A stretch of DNA of 64,000 nt from Phoronis australis. Its lineage: Eukaryota; Animalia; Phoronida. The translations under genes were made by a program, and so were the position numbers. Position 1 is the first letter of the stretch. Every line of letters starts with the position of its first letter. The DNA lies in assembly GCA_002633005.1 (NCBI GenBank), contig NMRA01000088.1:794437-858436 (forward strand), written 5' to 3'. The notes under the pieces were generated by a model, which was not told the origin of the DNA, did no database searches, and worked only from the letters and a program-made list of their open reading frames with translations. Below, in pieces: positions 49,601-61,600 of the stretch.

Positions 49601-52600
49601 AATTCTGGCAGAGATTCTATGGTTATGTTGAGCCGGTTTCGGAGGCTCAAAAATTTACAACTTCGAAGTAAATGATGATAGAAGTGCTTCAAAATGACTG
49701 AAATAATCATTCTTGAGTTTCATTTAGCAGATAATACCTTCATTGAAAACTAGAACTCGAGTTTTTCCTTGTGACAAACGCAAGTCACGTCGAAAGAACA
49801 ACACTTGCCATTGAATGTCATAGTCATGTATTTCTTGAGCAATATTACCTTAGTGAAAGACAGCATACACTGCAAGACAAAGTAAATGCTAGATAAAAGA
49901 TTGTTTCCCCGTACTGACTGGTAATGGTTGTCATGGTACCAAATTTGTAATAACAGAATAGTTCAGCCACCTTATTAACTTCCTTTTCATTCTTGGTCAT
50001 GAGAGAAGGCTACTCTGGTCCAGCTGTCATAACGGGCAGTTCTGGGTCATTTTGTCTCAATACTTTTGTTATGTACTGTAGGTCTTGCCTCTGCTAAACA
50101 CTGACCTCTGTTATGTTTCTCAAGCCAATGGCAGGTGGTGGTGGCGGCCTTCACATGCCCGAGTATTTCCGCCTGGAGCAGCTGCAAGAAGAATTCAACC
50201 TCTGCTCTGACGAGGATCTGGAGAACTCGCGACGGTTCCGGCTCATTCAGCTGCGCGAACAGGAAGTGGCGGAGTTCAAGAATTACAAGTATATCCCACC
50301 TTTTGACAAGGAGATACCACAAGATCTGTTTGATGTAAGGCTTTGTTTTGGTCTGGCTTTAGATATGCTTTCATTGTTAGTTTGAAGTCTGCATGTCGTA
50401 TGCCTTGATTCTTGTGTGTATTTTTTGGGTTCTCATGTTTATAACTTGACTGCTGTATTTATTTTCTTAATTTCAGAAATTCAAAAGTTATGTTGTCAAT
50501 TTTATTCCGCAGTGCAGAGTTTGTTTAAATCATACCTTTGCGTGACACCCCCAATTCGATGTGGTTCATAGTTCGGAATCAGCCAATGATCTGATACATT
50601 TATTAGTTGTCCTGGATTGCCAGTGGCTTCCCCAAACACAGTCGGCCATCTTGAATTGTTACAGTGACTGGACTCGATTGACTTCATCGGTTCCACTGGG
50701 TCAGCCAGCTAAGACATCTGATTGGATGTCATCAGGGACCAATCAGATGCCTTAACTGGTTGACCCGGCATACCTGGCGATGTCAATCAGATAATTGCTG
50801 TATGTCCTTAACCACAATACACTGAGAAATGTTCAACTGCAGCATACGAGGCTAGTTTCTCTGACATGTCTCACGATGTTTTCAGGTGTATGAGAAGAAG
50901 GCTAAAGAGGCGGCCCGAGTCAAGATGACGGACGACATAGAATCTCACCGTGTGGCCGTATCTAAGTTTATGCAAAGGGTGGGTGTTGGACTAGTGTTTA
51001 TTATAAATAATGTATACGGTCATGGACAATGGGAGTATAAACAGCAATGTGCTGTGTAGTGCTAATGCAACATTTACTGTTTAACAGTTACAAACTCATC
51101 TCATCTTTTTTCCAAGTATGGAAATAAGATGGTTTAATTTACTTTAATTTTTAATTTTTAAATACAGTGTTTTTAGACGGGCCTCATTATTTATTTTACT
51201 TTGCATTTTAACACAACATGAACTCGAAACAAACGAAAGCTGAAAGTACAGGTCTCTTAAAACGAGAAAAAAATGATCTCTCGTTAATAGCTTAATATGC
51301 AACGTCACAAACCATACATTATGAATGACGTACAATACCACCATCTATGGACTAGTTACCAAAATAGCATAGCTGTGCTCAGCACTCTTACAATGACGTA
51401 CAATACCTCCATCTATGGACCAGTTACCAAAATAGCATAGCTGTGCTCAGCACTCTTACAATCATCTATAAGAATTCTTATCAACCACTCATATCATAAT
51501 ATACCATTCATAGAAATTATTGATAAGAATTCATGTAAAAATATTTATTGATTAATTACAGTATAAACCGACATTGCTTGTGTACCTTTCCTGATTGTTT
51601 GTACTTAAAACTGTTTCTATAGCTCCTGTTTGTGTGTACAGGTTCGTGAGCAGGTGATCCACCGGTTCAGGGTGGCAGCCCACCAGAAGTCAATGCAGGA
51701 CGTCATCTTTGAGGATGAGGTGCCCAACATTGGGTGAGTGACCCAGGAAGGAGAGTGGTTTTTGAGCTCCTTGATTGAAGCGCACGTCTTTCTCCGACTT
51801 ACTCGGTGGCAGATCGGCCAGCTGGGTACTATCCCATTCTTGACCCAGTTTATCTTCAATTTCATGAGCTATAACTAACAGTTTAATAACATTTTGGCAG
51901 ACGACAGAAAATTTTTTACCACATCCCGAATGAAAGTTATTTTTTGGTGTTTTTTGAAGAAATTTGTGTCGTCAGATTATGATTGATGCAACAGTTTCTA
52001 AAATGTCCATCACTGAGGTTGAATTGACTCAAAATTCCTAACTATTCTAATTCAAGCTTAATCTGTAATTCTTTTGGCAGTGTCCTCGATGTTGTTATTT
52101 CTCACAGTCCTAACCCTGCACTCTGGTCTCTGACTTGCATCAATGGCTGGAGTTACCTTTCACTGTCAGTCTCGTGTGTGGACACGCCCAAGTTAAATCG
52201 TTAAACAATACAACTGACAAATAGTTTAGGTACGGATACATCTCTATTGCAGTGCTTTGGGTGCAGTGTTCATGAAGCTGGGTGAGGTACAGAATCGCCC
52301 GCTGAAGCCAGTGCGAAAGGAAAGGAAGAAGATGTCTGGACAAAATCTACAGGACCGCGACGTCTTCATCATCGTCAACGTAGTGCGTGCCTTCGACGTT
52401 CCCGTACGCAAGGATCTCTCCGGGTGGGTATACAGTCGCTGGTGCATTGTGGGATGAGTTGTTGCTATTACGCATCGTCAGTTTGGAAGTCATCTGTTTA
52501 TTCTGATTTGACAGTCATAATTGGAATTTTGCACTATAGTCAGTGGAACAAGTCAATGTAATCATGTTAAGCGAGGTGTATACACTGGTCAAATCTCTAT

Positions 52601-55600
52601 GTTCCTATCTAAAATAAAGGGGGTTTTAGCTAGTTGTTTACCCTCGCTTACGTGCCTTTGTGCAGCTTTTAAAAAAGCCATGATACCTTGGCTGAAATTA
52701 ATGCAGGCGGCATTTTTTAAGTTGCTGAGTGCGGGTCTCAAAATGAGTTGGGGTACAGCAAAATTTATCATGTTTTTGCTTGTGAGCATGAACTACCAAG
52801 CATGTGCCAAGATTCTAAAAACATTTCTGTTGTTACTGTTGTTGACTTAATCACTGTGAAAACACCGACTCAAAGTTTGAGTTAAGAACTATTCACTATC
52901 AAACACTTGCAACTGTGTGATTTTAGACAACAAGATGTAGGTCGTGGTAACCAGGGGCAACAGGGTCACGTGAGGAATATTGCTGGAGAGGTATGTGCTG
53001 TTATGTAATTTATAGGTTGCCATAGTAACTAAGTTGTTTTTAAATGTACAGTTCCTCCGTGTTGTGTGGCTGTTGCAGAATCTTTTGTTGTGTACGTTTT
53101 GATGTAAGATTTGTACTTCCATAATAAACATGTTTATTGTTGTCGAGTTTAAGTTTGATTTAATGAACGCTTGACCATTTATACCCCTTAAAGATAATAA
53201 TATTCCGTATAAATGACGGTTTTTGGAGTACTACTAAAATTTTACTGCCATCATTTATCATAAATATCCTATGAGGTGTTTGTTTAGTTCATGGAATCAG
53301 TGACATTGCCTTGTTGTATTTCATGTTCTCTACTGAAATGTTGAAGACCCGCCCGAACTGCTTTATGTGTTACAAAGACTTTCTTTTTCATTCCTTCTCT
53401 CAGGTGTTGGTGCGCCCGTTCATTGAGGTGATGTTTCAGCACGAGCGACACCAGACGACCGTCGCTGACGGTCCCAATCCCAGCTGGAATGAAGAGCTGA
53501 GGATTCCCTTCAGGTTAACACGCTTGGTGGTGGTCCATGTATTATATGTAAAGGGCGTGACTGTTCTAAAAACGCAGGCAAAATTTTTACTTGTAGACGA
53601 AAATTTGCAGGAAGCAATTTTTTCGCACATTTCCTTCCAGTTTGCCTTTTCTGCTGCTGTGACCTCAAAGTTATTGCCAATCTTCATCATTTTATTGGAA
53701 AGTGCAATGTTTTAAAATTACTAGATACTATGTAATATTCTCTTTATGTTGCTACCCGTAACGTTTCTTTAAGTGCATTATTTATGTATCAAAATATACA
53801 AGTTGTTTGGCACGACTGTGGGATTAATCTTTATCTGCCATTTTCAGGCCATCTGATTTTCACCGATTTTAGCAGTTTTGTATTACCTGGGTCAGTTCAA
53901 AGAAACTATTGCACACTGATCTCATGGTCTGTGGCCAAGTGAACTGTGTCTCTGATTTTTTCTTTTCTTTCAAACAGCATAGAAAATGGATTTCAAAATT
54001 GAATACTTTGGTCATTGTTCTATAAAGAGTTTGATGGCTGCTATCGCTGTTTTCTGAGAGTAAATCGAACTGTCACATTGCTCCGTTTGTTTTGACTCCT
54101 GAAATTTAGGTTTTTAAAAATCACATTCAAAGTAAAATGAAAATTGGGATTAAAACTGGCAAGGTTCTGTAGCCCCCTTATCTATAAAATGGCTAAATTT
54201 GGCTAATGTTGGAACATCGTAATAGTAATGGCCGATCGGACGCATAAGTTATGTAATTAGGCTTTATACACTGTTTTCCAAAATGCCGTTTTTAAAATTC
54301 TCCATGTTTACATGAGAGGCTATCGAAAAGGATTTTAGGGTTCTCATGAAAAATGTTGAAAGTTGTATGAAAGAAAAACGAAATGATAATTTTGTCGAAG
54401 AAATCTTCATATTGTTTGAGCATTTATATCAAACGAAATTTAGTCATGTTATTGAAACCATTCTTTCGTTTTTACAAAAAATGTGATAGTCACATGACCC
54501 AATTGATGACAGATTGGAAATGGGTAAAAAATCAGTTGTGCAGGTCTTCTACTCTCAATTCAAGAAATAGATTACTTTTATTGAGTTAAAATCCATATTT
54601 TTGGCTAGACAGTCTTGTCAATAAGGTACTACGTAACCTGAAGGTAACGTGTATGTTTAGTACCCAGGGTAATTTTGAACAAATTCAAAGTTCAGTACCT
54701 GGGTTTAGCTACGTTGGTCCTGCCCATTAGCTGATTGGTTGGTTGCTTTCACAACCTTTACTGAATCCTGAATGATGGCCATCAAAAGAGATTAATTGTT
54801 CAATTGTGTTTTTGTGATAAGAATTCAATTCTTTGTTGTTGACAATTTGGCTACAGTCTGTTGAAAGCATTTGCATGGAAAGTCTGTTACATGGAAGTGT
54901 TCCTGCTTTTCAGGCCACCCAATAACGATTTTTCGCCCACCAACCTACAGACGGTGAACGATATGATCTATCTGAACCTGTTCGATGAACAAGTGGTCGA
55001 TGTGTTAGAGGTACGTCTGCTCGCCATACTTTGGGGTGCTGTTTGGGGTGCTACATGAACACGTCATTCAGTTTGGCAGAGTCACTTGACAGTGGGCCAT
55101 TTTGCAAAGTCGATAGTCTTGATTACGTGATTTTTATCACCTCAAATTCACACTTGGACAGTGAGGTGTCTTGTTGTTACCATGGTTTCTTGTGGTTAGA
55201 GTTACTAGCTGCGTTTCATTTCAAATGAAGGTGGCTGTTGCAATGAACATTAACGTTGTTTTTCTTCTTAGAAGGTATGACAACCTGTTAAAATGTTGGA
55301 AAATTTTGGTGAATATTAGAGTGACCAAAGTCTTGTAAAACCAGTTAGGAAACTTGTTTTGTTGTTGGGCATCTGTTGTGTAGGTTTTAATTGTTGGTGT
55401 TTTGGACTTCTCTCTTACGAATGCAAATACATGCTACCGAGTAACTGCAACTTGTATTACTTGGATTTTGTGACAGATGTACTTATTATGATTTTATTTT
55501 CAACTCAGGATGATCGACAGAGAGGTCGTACAGTCTACAAACGCATTGAGCGTAACTGGCTGGGATCGATAAAGATACCCTTTTCTACAGTCTACTTTAA

Positions 55601-58600
55601 CACTGTGGTAGGTGTTTAGTATTTACATTGTTCTAGACAATATGACCGGCAAGTGAATTATACGGCAAAAATTCTCCAGTTTGGGACAGTGAAGTATTAT
55701 TTTTTTTCAGTCAAGGTCAGAGCTTGTACCAAATTTTAGGAATAGGCGATATTGGTTCTCCCAAATTGAAGAATTACGCTCAATGACAAAAGATCATTCA
55801 ACGTAACACGCACTATGGAGACTCATGAAAACATTGCATCAGTGGATATTTCCGACAATTTCATCAACTGCCAAAATTATTTTCAGACTCAAAGATACAT
55901 AACGCTGTGTCTGATTTTTGAAAATCATGCCGAATGACAAAATTGCCCGTATCCAAATCATCAGAATCAAGAAAATTTAATTTGATATTGAATTTCAGTG
56001 TTTCAAATGTAAGAGACTCCGAAACTGGAGTATGTTTATCGTATTTTTATCAAATTTCTCAAGAAAATTTATTGTCAAGAAGAACTTATTGGTTTTACCA
56101 CTGGCATGGTCTGTACTGTACAATTATCTTAAAATTGGATCATTTTAACTAGCAATTAGTCTTTGGAAAATATAAAAAATGTAATTTTTTTGCAAATATT
56201 TATTCGCAAATTTGATGATTGATTACCAAAATTCCTTGGAATAATTTTCTTGGATCACTTAATATTTCTATGCTTGAAGACACATGCTGTATTGTCCCAG
56301 AAAGAGGTTCAGCATTAGAAAGCCAGAAAAATGAAAATGATGTGCTTTGAATCTTTATGCCATAACATTTTTAGTTGCTTACCCAAGTGTGTTGTCTTGC
56401 AAAATACCACAACTGTGCCTTGAATGCAACACCGTCCCTGGGGACGCATTTACCTTTTAGTCTCGCTCATTTTTTCCCTGCTGTGGGGATCGTACTGAGA
56501 ACTACCTTTACGTGTCTGTCCACTCATGCACCACATGATGGTCTGCCTGGAATGTGGAGGTGCAGTAGAAATTTATGAAGAAATCAGGCCTTAAGCTGTT
56601 GTGTTTTGTACTGTCCAATAATTATTATTTGCCACTTACAGATAGAAGGCACTTTCCGCATGGACGCTCCCTCCGTGCTGCTCGGCTATAGTCACGAGAG
56701 TCGGAAACGGACCCAGGTGCAAGATGTAGGGTTTGGTGCGCCTGCGGCGCCGAGTGGCCAATCGGGCGGGGCCAAGACTGACCACACCCACCTTAGTGTG
56801 TTCATCACGATGGAGCCTCAGCTTAACATACCTGAGGCATTCAAAGAGAAGGTATGGTCATTTAGCAGGCTTGTTACGGTCCAAGTTGTGATTGTAAAAG
56901 GTTCCTGCTAAATGGGAATATTTGATCCAGGTCTGTGCCAAATGATTTGCTTTGTCTTTGTAAATTGTTAATATCAATTGTCTCATGCTATTTTTACCAG
57001 TTTCTAACGAACAAACTAGCAATGAGTTGAGGAATGTGTTGAATGCCAACAGCTTTAAGCCAAGTGCATAGTAACAGATCAAGTTGAAACTAAAAGCTAT
57101 TTTACATAAAATAAAAAATGTCTAACAAATATATTTTTTCTGGTCATGCCTTTCAGTAAAAAAGTCACTGTTGCTTGTTTTAGTTCAGGGGTGCCATCAG
57201 TTGGGTTTAGAGTATTTTCAGATTGTCACAGTTTTGGAGTAAAAACTTGACAATGTGTAATAATAATAATTTACATTATGTCTTCTATTTTTTCACGTTT
57301 TCCGCCATAACTCCCACAAAGCCTAACGATGCTTGAGATTTTTTTGTTTTGATTTTTGAAAACGATATTTGTATTTCATCAAGATTCTTGCTAATTAGTG
57401 TCCCGGTAAGCTTCGATTGATTATTATTTCATACTGCATGTGGTCATATCATTGGTTATTATTCACGCTCACTTTTATTTCATGCAATTGTTGTAGGGTT
57501 TCATTGATGATATGCTAAAACGAATGGTACGCTGTCGGGATTAGGGAACATGTCGCCTGCTTTTGTTGTGTTCGTGTTTTTTGTCAGCTGGTTTTGTTGA
57601 TTAAAAGCTTGCCTTCTGGGTCGTAGTCTAATTTCAGCTCGAAACTACTAAAAAATCACCAATTGCATAGCACGCTTTGAGGAATCTTACGATTTTGAAC
57701 TCGAATCGTGTGATGAGATTGGCTAAGTTTCGAGCCGGAGTCTTGAGTCGAGTCTTGAGTTTGGAAATTAGATCCTGGGCCTGTCCTTTTCTCGTTGAAA
57801 GGAAAAGCTTCCGTAGGAATTTGATACTAAGCCTGTTTTGTTTTGATATTGACCTGCAGGTAGTTTGTTGTTAATAACAGAGTAACTAATAACGTGCTTT
57901 GAAACTAGTCGTGTGAGGTCTTAGCTGTTCTAAGTGCCGGGTTAGATCAAAACACATGATTTTATTCACGCAGTCAAATTTTGACTTTTGACAAAACCGC
58001 ATGCTGCGTCATCTTTTGTAACCTCTCATTCATCTCGGGTGCAACATAGATTGTTTGAAGATGGCAAGGAAGTTTCCTGGCTCTGAATTAAAGTGGGAGA
58101 TTTTGACTTGACATTCAGTCAAGAATTTGAATTGGTTTTGATGTCAACCACCATACTGTCACTGTCAATTAGTTAATAAATCTAGCTTATGTTTAGAAAT
58201 TAGTGCGTCATGTTCGTGTGTCACGTGAGGTAACCATTGGTCTGTTGCTGGTGTTAGCGGTGGACAAGTTTTGACTTTTCTAAGAAAGTATCATGTTTAC
58301 TACACTTACTCTAACCTTGCAATAATAGTTGAACATTGCATATACAATGAGAGTTTAACATAGTGTATGCACAACACAGTGAGAGTTCAACACTAAGTAA
58401 TATATATACAGTGAGATTTTAAGGTTAACGCTGTGTGCATACAATGAGATTTTAAACTTACATACAATAAGAGTTGCATGCTTTTCAAAAATGAGCATTC
58501 TTCCAGAAAGAAAAATACAGAGATAAACACATCACGCAGTGTGTCACAGTATCTTTGTTCAACGTTAACACCACAACGATTGGATTTTCTAACCCTGTTT

Positions 58601-61600
58601 TTATTCTAGCTACATCACCACGGTTATGTGGTGTCACATCACTTGCCTGTGTGGCTTGTTACGATACCTCGTAAACATAATTATTTTAGTTAACGTTGCA
58701 TGGTGGTGTAAAAGGTTAATAAGTTGTTGGTTTCCCAGATGTGCTATCTGTTAGTTCTGTTCTTAGAATTCTAGCTGGATAGTACAGATTCTGTGATGCC
58801 ACATCACATAGTCTCCCAGTTGGCTGGTGTTTGTGGATCGCCCGTGAAAACACTTAAATGTCATGCATGATTTCGCTGTGGGGAATTTGCCTTAAGGTAG
58901 CATGTAGCGGGGTTGCCCCAGTTAATAAATAATTTTGCGATCATCAGCTAGACATTGTGGAACTATTTCACTAGGAAGACGTTTTTTTTCCCTGTTGTGA
59001 ACGTTGTGTACTCCTTGACGTGTATACCCTCAGTTGCCTTAATGTCCAGTATTTGATACTAGGTTCGTTATTTACAAACTACAGTCACAAACTAGTGGAC
59101 AGTGTATTACACACATGTTGGAAGACCATATGCCAAGTGGCTTTGTAAAAAGCCTCATAGTTTTTCGATGCACAACGGGTGAGGTATATCATAAATTAAC
59201 CGTCTCGGTAAAATTGAATAAATTGCTGTAGTGTTCAGAAGCCAACTTCTTATTCAGACCACTTTACGCTATAAAACTGGTCTTGACTCATTCCTTATTC
59301 AAACGACAAGTGATTCGTGTGCTTGGAAAAAAATACAAGTTTGACTTATTCCTTAAGACCTTGCTCGATGCACAAGCCGACCAGTGCAGCCTGGGGTCGT
59401 GCAATAGTGAACTGACAGTTCTTTCAACGCTCTGAAATCATCTCCAATTTGACTAAGGAACAGTTTAAGACTAATTTCTTAACCCTAAGTGGTCTAAATC
59501 ATTTTTTTGTGATGGAAGGTGGGTTTACAGCTGCTGTGATTTACTTGCCAGGTGTCAAGCATAATCCTAATGCAGGACATGAGTATGGGTGACTTTCCCT
59601 CCAACCCCACTGCATGAATCAATCATCAGCGTTGTCCCTTGTATGCCTCTCCAATAACCGATGCAATGACAACTCATTTCTTGCCTTAGTTCGAAAGTAC
59701 CGAGGATGAAAAATTACTTCACACGTGCGTCGAATGGCAGATGGCGCTACTGAAGCAGTTCCCGAAGAGAGAGTTCAAGACGACTGTGATTGATGTCAAC
59801 GGCAAGTCTGTGTTCATCACGCGATACTTCAAGCCACTGGCGCCACCTGCTGAACTGATTGAGGGCGAGGAAGTATCCATAAAGACCAAATGCGTGAGTA
59901 GGCCTTGAGTTGATTTTGATACTTGATACCCTCATTGCACTGAGTTGCAGTTCTAATTCTAATTCTGCTTTTTAACATTTTGCTGAAACCTGTTAGGGAG
60001 TCATGTGGATAGTTTTGACATTCATCCCTCATGTCAGTTTCTGTATTATTTGAAAGACAATGCAAGTTCGTAAGTCTGGAAAAATATCTTTCTCTGAAAT
60101 CATGAAGTTAGATGTTCACTCATTGTTTGTGTCTAGGTTTACATTCTATTTTAAAAGGAATTATTTATTTATTTTTTCTAAACCTGTGAATAACATGTAC
60201 CCAAAATGTGAATAACATGTGCCCAAAATGTGAATAACATGTGCCCAAAATGTGAATAACAGGAACCCAAAATGTGAATAACATGTTCCCAAAATGTGAA
60301 TAACATGAACCCAAAATGTGAATAACGTGTGCCCAAAATGTGAATAACATGTGCCCAAAATGTGAATAACATGAACCCAAAACTGAATAGTTGACTTGTA
60401 AAGGTTGTTCTATGCACCTTTCCAATATTAACTCCAATCATGGCCAATAGGATATTCCAACATGATTGAAGTGATGTGTTTTTGTATTGCCTTCTTCTGT
60501 CTGTGTAACTTATTTTTGTAAATCTTTACTTTTCTGCCATGTACGGTAAAAATGTTTCGTATTTGGAGAAATATAATTGAAAAAAATTGTCATTTTTCTA
60601 TTTTTTAGACGCTTACTCCGTCTGTGCAAATGCTCAGATTTTATCAAATGTTTGGTGGTAGCTGCACTGCACAAAAGAATAAAATATCATAAAAGTTGCT
60701 TTTATTCCTAAAATTACAGGACCATTTCTATCCCCTGCATGGGGACCGTCAAGATAGTGATATGTGATGAACGAGGCCTGGTACCGTCAGATAATAAATA
60801 CCCTGTAATGGCAAGAACATGCAATGCACATAGCTACATTATCATCAAAGTGTCATGTGATTGTCATGAATGGGTCTAGTTGAACAGTGCTTCTAAAACT
60901 CGGCAATGTTTCTTCGTGTCATTTACAGGACCGAGTCGCACGTTTTGTGTCCCTCATTCCGTTCATCTCGGACAGTGTCATGTTCCCCGGTCTCTGCGAT
61001 ATTTGGAGCACCTGTGATGTGAGTATCCCAACTTTACTTAGGTTGGCACTTTTGAGGAGAACCTGTGCCTAATGTGTTGTTCTGTGAGTCATCAGCAATT
61101 TTACAAACAGGCGACAGTCTTTATCCTTATGATAAGTTTTTTGAAGAAACACCAACCAAATACTAAATTTAATTGGCGTTATATCACTTGAGTAACGGTA
61201 TTTGTAAGATAGTGGTTTTATAAATTTGGTTATCCTCATCATCATTTGGAGCCTTGTTAGTTGCAACAGATTACACAGTTTTGCAACTTGAAGGGCAGAA
61301 ACATTATATACTCTGAAAACAGTCTGCCTATAAAATTAATACTGGGACAATAATTGCTTTATAATAAATATCATTTTCCACAATGTTGCCGACATGGCTT
61401 TGTCAAGCTTTGATGAGAAGTTACTGTCAGTGTTACTCTACATTTATGCTGTGTTTTCTTCAGCAATTTCTACAAATGTTATCTGGCGACGAGGAAGAGC
61501 ATGCCGTCCTATTGGTCAACTACTTCCTACACCTCGGCGTAAAAGCCTGGCTAGTCTTGGGTAAGTGGATCACAATCTGTACGGCCTTGAAAAGGGTATT

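Larger units (their letters stand above)
46368..51080. repeat. direct duplication of ~2.03 kb (exons 20-22) on both sides of gap 48403-49047
   Basis: 46368-48402 vs 49048-51080; copy boundaries coincide with the gap edges. Confidence 0.95.

Noticed and set aside
60161-60447. Repetitive ORFs or possible CRISPR array
   Set aside because: Head-to-tail 22-bp units without unique spacers; eukaryotic intron; no cas genes.
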